Source: a virus
Lineage: Duplodnaviria > Caudoviricetes
Strand: one strand, 5' to 3'
IMG/VR virus record: IMGVR_UViG_3300035182_001152
Length of the DNA: 64,000 bases
Shown here: piece after piece, positions 45,032-54,743 of the stretch
Layout: each line of letters begins with the position of its first letter
Numbering within the stretch: the stretch's first letter is position 1
Position numbers and translations under genes: made by a program
The notes under the pieces: model-generated
What the model was told of the DNA's origin: nothing
The model's input: only the letters and a program-made list of their open reading frames with translations
The model's database searches: none

Positions 45032-45514
45032 TCAGTCCTCGTCGTAGTCCTCGTCGTAGTCCTCATCATCATGCCCTTGGTAGTCCGGCTCCGAGTGGTT
45101 GTACATGTCATCGATGTTGACGATCGGCTCCGGATTGTTGATGATCGCTTGGACGACGATCTCCATGATGTCGGTCACGGTGTTGGCCGCTTCCCGGTCA
45201 GCCAGGCCGAACGTCTGCTCGCCATGTGAGTAGTTGTTAGCAAACCGCAGTGCCCCGTTCAAGCGGATCAACTCTCCAACAGAGATCCTGTTCGGCAGCA
45301 GGTTGATGCTGTCGCGGAGGAACACAACGGCGCCGGACCAGTTGTTGCAGCCCCAGCCGTTGTTGTACCAGTCGTAGCTGATCTTGTTCGCGGCGTGCAG
45401 CAGCTCACCTTGCAGCGTCTCCGCTGCCCCGTTCACCGGCACCAGCTTGTCGAACAGCTCGCGCTGCGTCGTTGTCAACGGGTGGGCACCAGTCCAGAAG
45501 TTCGGTCGCGTCAT
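45032..45514 (-). CDS. Hypothetical early protein, acidic tail
   Basis: GGAG RBS; TTGCCC-17-TATAGT upstream. Confidence 0.7.
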   Translation of the reverse strand: MTRPNFWTGAHPLTTTQRELFDKLVPVNGAAETLQGELLHAANKISYDWYNNGWGCNNWSGAVVFLRDSINLLPNRISVGELIRLNGALRFANNYSHGEQTFGLADREAANTVTDIMEIVVQAIINNPEPIVNIDDMYNHSEPDYQGHDDEDYDEDYDED

Positions 45515-45650
45515 TGAGGTCTCCAGTTGATGTGGTTACTATAGCACAGCCTCACGCTGAGGGCAACAGGATCCGGCTGCAGATCATGTACAGCTGGGCG
45601 GCCGTCCCTGCCAAGCTCGACCGGCCAGCCAAATTGGCGATCCAGTCCGA

Positions 45651-45755
45651 TCATGGCAGATCAGCTCAGCTCAGCTCAGCTCAGCTCAGCTCAGCTCATG
45701 GCAGATCAGCTCAGCGCAGCTCGGCTCGGCTCAGCGCAGCTCGGCTCGGCTCAGC
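45651..45755. repeat. Pentamer tandem repeat (TCAGC)n with variants
   Basis: (TCAGC)7 at 45661-45695 then mixed TCAGC/GCAGC/TCGGC units. Confidence 0.93.
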
Positions 45756-45915
45756 CACTTGGCGATCGCGAGCGGCCGTCCCCGTCGGTACAGATCACGA
45801 AGAGTGGTCACATCACGGGATCCTGCGCCAGGTGATCCAGCTGACGACGCCCGCGGTCCGAGCGGTGAACAGCCCACCACACCGGCCGCAGGTGTATTGC
45901 GCAGTCGAGGCCACC

Positions 45916-46143
45916 TCAGCCCTCCAGCGGTTGGTCAGGGAAGATCGTCTGGCGATCGGCGAAGTACCGGCCGTTCCACTGTGCGACGTGGACCGCATAG
46001 CCGATGCTGTGCCAGAACGCCGCCTCGCTCGCGGACTCCGCTTGGCCGATCTCCATCTCACGGCTGTCCCCTTCAGCGTTGACGGGAGAGGAGACGCTAA
46101 GCCGAGGCTGGTCGGTGCGATAGTGGATGCTGGTCTGGTTCAT
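45916..46143 (-). CDS. Hypothetical early protein
   Basis: GGAG RBS; hairpin promoter upstream. Confidence 0.55.
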   Translation of the reverse strand: MNQTSIHYRTDQPRLSVSSPVNAEGDSREMEIGQAESASEAAFWHSIGYAVHVAQWNGRYFADRQTIFPDQPLEG

Positions 46144-46155
46144 GCTTGGTCTCCA

Positions 46156-46196
46156 GTTGGTGCGTCTAGTATCAGACCAAACGCACCAACGATCAA
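46156..46196 (-). promoter_or_regulatory. Hairpin-embedded sigma70 promoter
   Basis: TTGATC-17-GATACT; 10-bp inverted repeat GTTGGTGCGT. Confidence 0.7.
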
Positions 46197-46200
46197 CGGG

Positions 46201-46440
46201 TCAGTACGTCAGCGAGCCGGAATACTCGTTGTAGAAGCTCATCCACTGGACCGCGAACTCTTCGCCGCTGTTGTTGACCAGCAGGCCGAATCGCTTGGCG
46301 TACTGGTACGGCCCCTCACGATCGAACACCTCACGGATGTCGCTGATCACCGAGTCGGTCGTCTGGCCGACGTTCGCCGCCTGGATGTCGGTGATCAGCG
46401 CCTCGACCTTCGGAAAGCGGCTCAGCAGATCGGTGTGCAT
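46201..46440 (-). CDS. Hypothetical early protein
   Basis: GAGGAG RBS. Confidence 0.7.
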   Translation of the reverse strand: MHTDLLSRFPKVEALITDIQAANVGQTTDSVISDIREVFDREGPYQYAKRFGLLVNNSGEEFAVQWMSFYNEYSGSLTY

Positions 46441-46455
46441 GTGGACTCCTCAGTA

Positions 46456-46497
46456 GTTGATGTGGCTACTGTACTACCAATCAGTAGCCACATCAAC
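46456..46497 (-). promoter_or_regulatory. Hairpin-embedded sigma70 promoter
   Basis: TTGATG-17-TACAGT inside perfect 16-bp inverted repeat GTTGATGTGGCTACTG. Confidence 0.8.
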
Positions 46498-46500
46498 AGG

Positions 46501-46857
46501 TCAGCTGCCGGTGATCAGGTCGATCATGTGCTCGTTGACGAGCCTGAAGTCTTCGATAAAGATGTGGTGGCGGTCGCCGCTTTGCTTGATTGCTTGAGCG
46601 GCCGCTTTGTTGAGATCCATCCACGTCGGATTGTCGGGCAGGTCGATCAGCTGGTGTTTGCCCCATTGAAGCGTGTACGACAGCCTCAGACCCGTACCAC
46701 GGTGAGCGATCGTGTCAGCGTCCTTCGTGCCGATCCCCGTCACCGACCAGCACGTGCCGTCGATCGTGAAGTCACCACCCTCGTCAATGCTTGCATCCCA
46801 TTGTTCGCTGGTCCATGCGTCCGTGTCGACGTTGGGGGAAAGGCTCGTCGGTTTCAC
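46501..46857 (-). CDS. Hypothetical protein
   Basis: ORF, GC3 bias. Confidence 0.6.
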   Translation of the reverse strand: MKPTSLSPNVDTDAWTSEQWDASIDEGGDFTIDGTCWSVTGIGTKDADTIAHRGTGLRLSYTLQWGKHQLIDLPDNPTWMDLNKAAAQAIKQSGDRHHIFIEDFRLVNEHMIDLITGS

Positions 46858-46957
46858 GCTTGGCTTTCTGATGCGGTAGACGTAGTATCCAGCCCCTTCC
46901 GTATAACCACAACAGTGCCCATACGGAAGGGAAGGCCTTTCGGCCTCCCTGTTGACT

Positions 46958-47479
46958 TCAGAATTCGTGGCGGCCGCCGTTGACGTTCATCGCCAGGATG
47001 TTTTCCAGCTTGACCGTGCGGATGATCACCTTGTCTTCGAGGCCACCTTGTTCGGCTTCTTCGCGGGCAGGCGGAAGGCCCTCGATGAACGCAGGATCGA
47101 TCTGCTTGCCGTTGTGCTCGTAATGCACCTTGCCAGGCTTGACGTAGAACACTTCGAGGTACAGCTCACCCTTGTTCTCGATGAACGGCGTGCCATCAAC
47201 GCGCTTGCCCCACTTGCGCTCCTGCAGTTCGAACGCGTCCGGATCCTTGCCTTCAGCGGCAAGGCGGCGGCGCACCATGTTGTCGTACACGCTGCCCTTC
47301 TTCATGCCCGCAACCATCACGTTCGCGCCCACTTGGATCTTGCGAACGTGGCCCTTCATCGGGTTCTTCTTGCCGCCGAGCAGCGTCGGTTCGGTGCTGA
47401 TGTCGATCGACAGGAGCTTGGTGCCCTTGACGTCTTGCAGCAGTTCAGCGATCACTTCGTTTGCGAAGTCGACATGCAT
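46958..47479 (-). CDS. Hypothetical phage protein
   Basis: GGAGAG RBS; TTGTCC-17-GATACT upstream. Confidence 0.7.
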   Translation of the reverse strand: MHVDFANEVIAELLQDVKGTKLLSIDISTEPTLLGGKKNPMKGHVRKIQVGANVMVAGMKKGSVYDNMVRRRLAAEGKDPDAFELQERKWGKRVDGTPFIENKGELYLEVFYVKPGKVHYEHNGKQIDPAFIEGLPPAREEAEQGGLEDKVIIRTVKLENILAMNVNGGRHEF

Positions 47480-47523
47480 TTGAATCTCTCCGTGCGTTGT
47501 TGAATCAGTGAAGCCAGTATCCC

Positions 47524-47769
47524 TCAGACCACGCTGTTGGACAACAGGGCCACCTTGCCGCGGAGACGATGCCTCAACTCGATGATGCTGGTGACGAACG
47601 CACGGCGGAACGTGTGCTCGTGGTAGAAGTGTCTCGCCCGTTGACTTGCAGACGGAGACGAGTGACGATACCGGGCGCACTGTCGCATGATCTCGAGGTA
47701 GCGCGCCATGTCCTCACGACTCGTGTTCTCATACCGCCGCCCCTCGTTGTTCGGCAGCTCGTACGTCAT
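47524..47769 (-). CDS. Hypothetical protein
   Basis: ATGA-coupled. Confidence 0.55.
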   Translation of the reverse strand: MTYELPNNEGRRYENTSREDMARYLEIMRQCARYRHSSPSASQRARHFYHEHTFRRAFVTSIIELRHRLRGKVALLSNSVV

Positions 47770-48011
47770 ACGCGGCGCCCCTTCGCACGCGAAGGCAGCA
47801 TCTTCACCAGCTCCGCCATCGACTTCAGGATCTCGCGGCGGCGCCGTTCCTGCTCACGCTGCTGTGGCACCGTCATATTGACCGGGCGGCTCTTGCAGTG
47901 GTCCCAGTGCCGCGACAACCCCAACGACGTGAACAGCTCGTTGCAGTGTGTGCAACGCTTGAACCACGGTTGCCCGACGCGGTGCATCGGGTTCTTGACG
48001 CTAGTTGCCAT
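47766..48011 (-). CDS. Small protein with C2H/C zinc-finger-like motif
   Basis: CTHC..HWDHC. Confidence 0.55.
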   Translation of the reverse strand: MATSVKNPMHRVGQPWFKRCTHCNELFTSLGLSRHWDHCKSRPVNMTVPQQREQERRRREILKSMAELVKMLPSRAKGRRV

Positions 48012-48294
48012 TCTTGTTGCGCTCCTCGTAACGCTTCATGATTGCTGCATGATCCATCGTCTTCTGCCGGCTGGCAACGAGTTCCACGATGCCGTCCACC
48101 AACACCGCTCGAACGGTTTCTTCCGTGGTACCGTACGTCGAGAAGTCGCCAGGCTCGTCGACAGCCAGGTGCGTGTCAACGAAGTTTTCAGCGTTGCTAC
48201 GGATCACCAGTTCTGCTGCAGCACCCTCGAACAGCTCGTACAACGACTCGTCGGACAGTTCAGCCATTCGGGTTAGCAATTCACGGTGCGGCAT
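48001..48294 (-). CDS. Hypothetical early protein
   Basis: GGAG RBS; TTGATC-17-TACGCT hairpin promoter 48349-48309. Confidence 0.65.
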   Translation of the reverse strand: MPHRELLTRMAELSDESLYELFEGAAAELVIRSNAENFVDTHLAVDEPGDFSTYGTTEETVRAVLVDGIVELVASRQKTMDHAAIMKRYEERNKNGN

Positions 48295-48353
48295 AGTAGA
48301 CTCCAAGTTGTGGTGCGCCTAGCGTACAGCCAAACGCACCACAGATCAACTGG

Positions 48354-48716
48354 TCAGCCGTCGACGTCGTCGATCTCTTCCTCTTCAACCTCTTCCCACT
48401 TGAGGTTCGGGAAGTACAGCACGACGTCGTAACCCATGTTGTCCCACGAGAACTTGGTCAGCTGGTCGATCAGCGTTGCCACTTGATCGCGCTTGTTGTA
48501 CGCTTCACGGTCGCTGTCGTCGGTATCGATCGACGACGTGAACAGGTCTTCCATCGCGGCAGTCAGGGCGCCAGCGACCACCGCTTGGCAGTCCGACAGC
48601 GTGCCGGTGATCCCGACGCAGTTGCGTCCGAACATCCCGCGCCCCGAGTACGAGCGGACGGCCGCGCCGTTGTCGAGGTCCTTCGCGGCGTCGAGCAGCA
48701 GTTGTTGGGCGTTCAT
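48354..48716 (-). CDS. Hypothetical early protein
   Basis: YSGRGMFGRNCVG motif; AAGGAG RBS. Confidence 0.7.
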   Translation of the reverse strand: MNAQQLLLDAAKDLDNGAAVRSYSGRGMFGRNCVGITGTLSDCQAVVAGALTAAMEDLFTSSIDTDDSDREAYNKRDQVATLIDQLTKFSWDNMGYDVVLYFPNLKWEEVEEEEIDDVDG

Positions 48717-48734
48717 TGCAGAGCTCCTTCAGTT

Positions 48735-48776
48735 GTTGATGTGGCTACTATACATCCAACTAGCAGCCACATCAAC
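48735..48776 (-). promoter_or_regulatory. Hairpin-embedded sigma70 promoter
   Basis: TTGATG-17-TATAGT inside 16-bp inverted repeat with one G-T pair. Confidence 0.8.
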
Positions 48777-48779
48777 GGG

Positions 48780-49085
48780 TCACTTCGTCCGCTTGTCCTC
48801 GATCGGCAGGGCGGCCTTCATCGTGTTGACCCACGTTTGCAGGTCAGCTTCCGCCTGCCTGCGGCCGTCGTCGGTGTTCTTGTACGGCTTCTTGGTGATC
48901 TCGGTCGCCATCTTCAGCATCTTGCTGATCGTCACGCCGCGAGTCGGGATCATGCCGCACTTGATGTACAGGCCGATGAAGCCCTTCAGTTGCGCGGCCT
49001 TGTAGAACAGCATCGCATCCGGACCGACGATCGTCGTGCCGCCGTCGGTGTGGGTGATCTGGCTGACGGTATCGGGAGTGCTCAT
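48780..49085 (-). CDS. Hypothetical early protein
   Basis: AGGAG RBS. Confidence 0.65.
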   Translation of the reverse strand: MSTPDTVSQITHTDGGTTIVGPDAMLFYKAAQLKGFIGLYIKCGMIPTRGVTISKMLKMATEITKKPYKNTDDGRRQAEADLQTWVNTMKAALPIEDKRTK

Positions 49086-49157
49086 CGCAGTTTGCTCCTG
49101 TTGGTTGCTGATGTGGTCCAGTATCTCCTAGACCACCTCTTCAGACAACGGTTGACC

Positions 49158-49493
49158 TTAGGCCGCGTAGCCGGCATAATTGCCCGACTCGTAGCTCAGC
49201 CAGAATACCGCCCGCCTCTCGCAGCCGTCTTCCATACTGCGATAGGTATACTCGATCCGCAGCTGGGCAGCGCCACTAATCAGGTCAACACCTTCGATGC
49301 CAACCAACTTTTTCGTGCTGGTAAACCTGCATTGCGCAAGCGTCGCCTTCAGTGTCTCGAGCGGCTGTGGGCCGTTGATCAGTTGGTCAGCGTAACGCGC
49401 CAGGTGAGTGACGGCCTCGAGGGTGGCTGGCGACATCAAGTTGATCTTGCTCACGGCTGGCTCCTTGGTCGGATGCACGAATCCTACCCCCAA
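49158..49493 (-). CDS. Hypothetical protein
   Basis: ORF; start uncertain. Confidence 0.5.
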   Translation of the reverse strand: MGVGFVHPTKEPAVSKINLMSPATLEAVTHLARYADQLINGPQPLETLKATLAQCRFTSTKKLVGIEGVDLISGAAQLRIEYTYRSMEDGCERRAVFWLSYESGNYAGYAA

Positions 49494-49573
49494 TCACTGC
49501 TGTCCGACAACGAGGCAACGCCGTTGTCCTTTCACCCAAAAGCGAAGACAATAACCACATGCGATCGAACAGG

Positions 49574-49792
49574 TCACCGATCAGCACTCGGCTCCAGCTC
49601 GAACCCGGAGAACTTCCGCACCGGCATCGTCGCCTTCGCGATCGCCGTCAGCGTCTTCTCGATCTCCCACGGTGTGTAACGGTTCGGACCGCCATGCCCG
49701 GCGTTGTCGATGTAAACGGATGCCTGGAAGCATGCGGTCTCATGGGATGCGAACGTCGACGATCAGACGTTCTCCAGCTCGACGTTGCTCAT
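49574..49792 (-). pseudogene. Small gene with in-frame TGA
   Basis: GGAGAG RBS; MSNVELENV*SSTFASHETACFQASVYIDNAGHGGPN..; TGA at codon 10. Confidence 0.5.
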
Positions 49793-50029
49793 CCCACTCT
49801 CCTTGCGTTGTGAAGACGGTATGATACCCAGACCACCAATGTTTACTAGTGGTATGGAGTAATCGAGGGTGGGTGTTTACTAGTGGATCTCACCAACTTG
49901 GACAGCACACGGTCACGAGCGGCAATCCGGGCTTGAACTTCAGCGCAGCCGTCGGCGTCTGTGTCGTCTTCCAGGGAAGCGCGATCCACCTGTTGATCCG
50001 CAACCAGAGCACCCCGGAAGGCAAGCGCC

Positions 50030-50278
50030 TCACAGGATCCGATCGAGCATCTTGATGCCGCCCGGCTTGTCGTGTTTCGGTTGACAGTCAATGCAATACA
50101 TGCACCGCATCCCGATCGTTGCAAGTGCTTGGATCCGTTTCGGAGTGATCGATTCTCCACAGTCCAAACATTCAGACAGGGAAGGTCCGTCGACCATTGA
50201 TTTGGCCGCGTTGATTCCGTTTTCAGCGAGAATCAACGCGTGTAGGGCATCATCATCAACCCCAGCGTATCCAGACAT
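50030..50278 (-). CDS. TraR/DksA-type C4 zinc-finger protein
   Basis: CLDCGESITPKRIQAL..CMYCIDCQ. Confidence 0.8.
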   Translation of the reverse strand: MSGYAGVDDDALHALILAENGINAAKSMVDGPSLSECLDCGESITPKRIQALATIGMRCMYCIDCQPKHDKPGGIKMLDRIL

Positions 50279-50423
50279 CGTTGCCTCACATCCTCAATAT
50301 TTGTATTGTAGTTGATCACACCATCCCACTCAACCATCCACTGGTGTGCGGGCTGCACTGTGAGGCGAACTTACAGGTGCTCACAGCAGCAGAGAACGGT
50401 GCAAAGAGCAACCGCTCTCTGGA

Positions 50424-51263
50424 TCAACTGAACTTCTTCTTCAGCGTCTGGTAGTACGTCGCCGCGCCCGTGGGGGTGCAGTTCGCATTGGCGACGAACA
50501 GTGCGATCATCGCGGTGCGCGACGTACCCACAGGCGCAGCCTTGTACAGCGCAGAGCAGACATCGATCTTGCTGGCGCCCTGTTGCACCGCTGCAGCGGT
50601 GCACAGCACAGGCGTCGGGGTCGGCTTCGGCAGGAGAATCGGAGCCGGCTGCGGGCGAACATGCACCGTCGTGTTCGAGGTCGGTGCGGGCTGGGTACCT
50701 GCACGGAACAGGCGACGGCACCGGCACGACTTGTGCCAGCGCGAGTCTGGGTTGATTGCAAGTTCTGCCGATATCTTCGGCGACAGCATCAGCTTGGCAC
50801 CGCACGGGCATTGCCATTCGACCGTCCGGCTACGCGACGTAACGCGCTTGGTCTCAGTCGTGTCGTAGCTGTGGCAGCGGGTGACATCGGTCATCCCGAG
50901 CACCAGGCAGACGCTCTGCCAGTCAGTCCCGTGGATGTCTCGCTTCTCACGCTTGACGCGGCCGGTGCGGGTGATCGTGATCCCCTTGTTCCGGTGGTTC
51001 TCCGGATACACCCGGTCGGTGATCAAGTGCGCAAGCTCATGCGGGACAGTGCGGGCGATGAAATCATCGACGTTGCGAACCAGCAGGTCAGCATTCAGCT
51101 GGATGTGCCACTTGATGTAGTTCGCGTATCCAGCGACGCGGCCGGTCAGGTCGTACCCGATCGTCGGCATCGGAAACGTGCGGCCGTAGCGCTTCTCAGC
51201 GCGAGCGATGCCGTCCTTGATCTTCGCGGTGACACGAGCCTTCAGTTCAGCGGTCAGGTGCAT
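50424..51263 (-). CDS. SprT-like zinc metalloprotease with C-terminal shared domain
   Basis: TVPHELAH, HG.DW, CHSY, CPC; GAGGA RBS. Confidence 0.85.
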   Translation of the reverse strand: MHLTAELKARVTAKIKDGIARAEKRYGRTFPMPTIGYDLTGRVAGYANYIKWHIQLNADLLVRNVDDFIARTVPHELAHLITDRVYPENHRNKGITITRTGRVKREKRDIHGTDWQSVCLVLGMTDVTRCHSYDTTETKRVTSRSRTVEWQCPCGAKLMLSPKISAELAINPDSRWHKSCRCRRLFRAGTQPAPTSNTTVHVRPQPAPILLPKPTPTPVLCTAAAVQQGASKIDVCSALYKAAPVGTSRTAMIALFVANANCTPTGAATYYQTLKKKFS

Positions 51264-51700
51264 GTTGATTCCTCACTACGATGGACGTAGTGTACCCTAA
51301 CTCCTGGTGAGGGTCAACGGATCACCAGAACTTCTGGATGAAATGCACCACCGCGTAGACGCACAGACCGCTGCCGACCAGACACAAGCACGCCCAGATC
51401 AACCACAGACGCAGGAACCATTTCATTCAGCTCTCCTTGAGCATCGTTATAAAAACGGCTGGGAGCAGGGCGCTCAACCAGCCAACCCTTCACGGGTGAG
51501 CCTGCGTGTAGGTGACCCAGCCCTCGATGATCGCCCACACGATCAACCCGTCGAGCGCAAGCGCGAACAGGACGGCGTATGCAAAGGGGGTGAGGGCTTT
51601 CTTGATCTTCATTGAGCAGCTCCGGTGGTGAAGAAGAGGGACAGGATCACGAACGCGATCGCAACACCGATCCAGTCGGTGCGGTAGAAGAATTCTCTCA

Positions 51701-51931
51701 TCATTCCGCCGCCTTGTCAATTGGGTAATCGGTTTCGTACTGCACTGAGTCGACCGTCGTCTTGCAGCCGGCGTATCCACGGCGATCCAGCATCCACCGG
51801 ATCGCACCGTGGATCGCAGAGGCCATCATCTCGTGGTCGAGGTAGTTGCCGTCGATGTGGTTCGCCACCTGCAGCTCGACGACGAACTGAACGCCGAGCG
51901 TGGTCGGAGTGTCTTCCTTGATGATTGCCAT
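51701..51931 (-). CDS. Hypothetical protein
   Basis: GGAG RBS. Confidence 0.55.
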   Translation of the reverse strand: MAIIKEDTPTTLGVQFVVELQVANHIDGNYLDHEMMASAIHGAIRWMLDRRGYAGCKTTVDSVQYETDYPIDKAAE

Positions 51932-52025
51932 GCAAGCTCCCGCTGATTGAAGAACATCTCGGCTGCGCTTCAATCAGCAGCCGATGTAGGAACTATCCCA
52001 CAAAGGCTGCTGGCTTGGCAACTGC

Positions 52026-52220
52026 CTAGTGCAGCAGCTGCACCTTAACGGCCGGGACCGACGTGCGCCCACGGGCGCAGTACGGCAGCAGGATCGCGTG
52101 CGCCTGCTTGAACGGGACGCCAGCGTCGTCGGCGACATGAGCGGCTGCTTGGACACCGTGGGCCTCCGCGATCCGTTGGATCTGGCCCATCAGGACGATG
52201 TTGTCGAAGTTGGTGCTCAT
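52026..52220 (-). CDS. Hypothetical protein
   Basis: GAGGAG RBS. Confidence 0.55.
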   Translation of the reverse strand: MSTNFDNIVLMGQIQRIAEAHGVQAAAHVADDAGVPFKQAHAILLPYCARGRTSVPAVKVQLLH

Positions 52221-52547
52221 GATCTCCTCACTTGTCGATGGTCACAGTGCGGCTGGGGCACTTCGCGTTGACGGACACCAGCGCGTGTTGCATGATCGTG
52301 TCGTATTGCTGCGGCATCATGATCTGGGCCATCAGCGCCGCGAACACGGGCGACTTCAGGTTCTCGGTCGGGGTGACGGTGTCTTCGACTGCTTCACAGG
52401 TCATTCTCGCTCCTGGTTGGTTGGAATACGCCAACCTTCCGATCCGCCCCAACCCTCCTCTTACTGGCTGGGTGCCCTGCTTAGCAGATCCACTCTTATT
52501 GAGCGAATTTTTCAGTTGACGGATTGAGCGTATCTGACCTATTCAGT

Positions 52548-53069
52548 TTAGACAACAGCACCAATGATGATGTAGGGCGAAACACCCAGTCGATCTTCGA
52601 GCGAGCGCATTTCGTCAACGATCGGCTGGAGGATCGACGGATCGTCGCTGTCGACGCACTCACCATAGGTCACCTTCAGCTCCTCCAGGCGGCGCTGCAT
52701 CAGCGTACGCTTGCGAGCCGCCTTCTCTTCAGCGATCTCGTTCAGCTGGCGGCTGTACCGGCAGATACGCGGATAGCCGCCCTTACCGGCTTGCATCCAG
52801 ACGCCGTACATCCAGTCGAGCAGCGTCTGGTGCTGCAGGAAGTACTTCGCGCAGCGGGAGCCGACGTCGGCATCGGCACTGGAGAACCCGATCGAGTTGC
52901 TGTCCTTCGTCGTTTCAGACGACTGTTCCGACGGCGTCTGACGTTGGTACAGCGCGACGAGCGCGCGGCCAACGATCTTCTTCTGCTCGGCGCGGTTGGC
53001 TGCAAGCTGGATCATCTGCTGCAGCGTTTCCTTGGTCACGAGCGGTTGCGGCTTGGGCGTGCGGGCCAT
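52548..53069 (-). CDS. Hypothetical early protein
   Basis: GAGGAG RBS; TTGCCA-17-GATACT promoter. Confidence 0.7.
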   Translation of the reverse strand: MARTPKPQPLVTKETLQQMIQLAANRAEQKKIVGRALVALYQRQTPSEQSSETTKDSNSIGFSSADADVGSRCAKYFLQHQTLLDWMYGVWMQAGKGGYPRICRYSRQLNEIAEEKAARKRTLMQRRLEELKVTYGECVDSDDPSILQPIVDEMRSLEDRLGVSPYIIIGAVV

Positions 53070-53432
53070 TGCGGGCTCCTCAATTGCGATGCCTTAGTAT
53101 CCTTCCGCACGGGTAACTTGGCAACCGTTAAGGAGGGGCTTGCCTTTTCTCTAGTGTGCGGTGATAATGGGTATGCGGTCGAACAGGCATCCTGTGGGTG
53201 GACGGCGAGAGCGCCTGTTTGTTTTTCGCCGTTGACTTTTTTAAGAAGGCTGGGTGACATTTGCACACCAGCCTTCGTACCTCAAGTGGGCAGCGCGCTC
53301 ACCAACGAGGCTTGTCCTTGCTGTTCGAAGGAGGAGAGACGGGCAGGCCGAGAGGCCATTGCGTCGGAGTCTGCGGACGTTGCGGGTGGCGCTGAACCGT
53401 CTCCGTCACACGCTCGGGCAGGTGCTGGTACA

Positions 53433-53750
53433 TCATTGCTTCTTCTCCCGCGTGACGTAGAACTGCAGGTACGTCGACAGACGCGGGTGCGGACGGCGGA
53501 ACATCCCGAACGCGTACCGATCACCGAACTGCTTGACCAGCTCGTCATGGAGCTTATGTTGCTGCTCCAGCGGCGCCTTGTTGATGTCGGCGGCGAGCGG
53601 CAGCGTCAGCTGGATGTACGGGTTGCACGAGCGGTCGGACACATTGACGTTGCGCTTCAGAGCAACGTCGCCGACGCGGGTTTTCGTCTTGAACCCCGCC
53701 GCCTTCATCGCAGCACGGACGCGGTCCGCATCGGTCAATTTCTTGGGCAT
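53433..53750 (-). CDS. Hypothetical early protein
   Basis: GAGGAG RBS; TTGACT-17-TATCCT promoter. Confidence 0.7.
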   Translation of the reverse strand: MPKKLTDADRVRAAMKAAGFKTKTRVGDVALKRNVNVSDRSCNPYIQLTLPLAADINKAPLEQQHKLHDELVKQFGDRYAFGMFRRPHPRLSTYLQFYVTREKKQ

Positions 53751-53900
53751 CAGTTGACTCCTCGAAGTGGTGATGCAGGATACTGCCTTCACCCTAATTA
53801 GTCAACAGTGCAAACGGAGAGGGCGGCCACCACTATTACACCAGATGTTTACTAGTGAACAGTGGAGGCCGCCCTCAGAGCGGCACCCAGATCGCCCCGA

Positions 53901-54356
53901 TCAGGCGTGGGTGGCAGCGGCCTGCGACTTGCGGCTGCGGGCGACCGGAGCGGCGGGCGCGGCAGCCTCGGCGTCGGCGCGCGTCTTCAGCGTCTGGTAG
54001 TACGTCGACGCGCCCTTCGGGGTCAGGCCGATGCCGATCAGCTTGTCGAGCACGACCTGACGGCCCTTGTGCTGGTACTTCGCGTACAGCTTGCGGGCCT
54101 GCGCCATCTTGCTCTGCGAGCGCGGCGTGTGGGCGGACTCGGCGACGACGGCGGCGCCCTCGACGGCGGTGATCACGCCTTCTTCGTCGACGGTGACCAT
54201 CTCCTGGCGCTTCAGGACGGTCAGGCTGCCGTTGACGACGGGCACGCTGGTCTTCATGCGCTTGGCGATCGCTTCGCGGGTGTTCAGGCCCTTGCTGACG
54301 TAGCCGAGGATCTTGATCGCGTTGGGGGACAGGTTGACGGCTTGGGTGGTCGACAT
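53901..54356 (-). CDS. Winged-helix-like protein with shared C-terminal domain
   Basis: ILGYV..TREAIAKRM..VNGSLTVLKRQEMV; C-terminal GASTYYQTLK. Confidence 0.7.
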   Translation of the reverse strand: MSTTQAVNLSPNAIKILGYVSKGLNTREAIAKRMKTSVPVVNGSLTVLKRQEMVTVDEEGVITAVEGAAVVAESAHTPRSQSKMAQARKLYAKYQHKGRQVVLDKLIGIGLTPKGASTYYQTLKTRADAEAAAPAAPVARSRKSQAAATHA

Positions 54357-54743
54357 GATGAAAGGCTCCTGTAAAAGGAAAGCTGGGCGAAACTGCCCTG
54401 TGGTTGAAGTTTCTGCGCCGGCTGGAATTCCGTTCGCATTGGGGTCTACTATCAGGGTAAACTGGGTTGAGATCAACCGGTCAACCAGAATAAGCAGCTA
54501 ATGTCAACGGACTATACAGTAGGGTAATCTGTCGATAGTCTCCTGATTCAATGGTCGCTTATCTGCTAGAGGTCTAGGAGACATTGACCAGCTGGGTCGT
54601 CCATGGGAAATCCTCAGTAATAACGTCGTTGCAGATAAGCTCTTTCCGCCATCTGCCCACATGAAAAGGAGAAAGGGTGGGTAGCCTCACGACTACCCAC
54701 CCTCTGGGTGGAGTGGGGGAGCTCGTAGCTCCCCATTGCCCGA

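Noticed and set aside
44976-48780. Integron attC cassette array
   Set aside because: Palindromes run GTT..AAC in gene orientation (opposite to attC RYYYAAC..GTTRRRY), coincide exactly with -35/-10 boxes, and no integron integrase is visible.
13371-49765. Stop-codon reassignment (alternative genetic code)
   Set aside because: In-frame stops are of all three types and isolated (TAA 13371, TAA 29702, TAG 44474, TGA 49765); conserved enzymes are uninterrupted and TGA/TAA/TAG end genes with normal overlaps.
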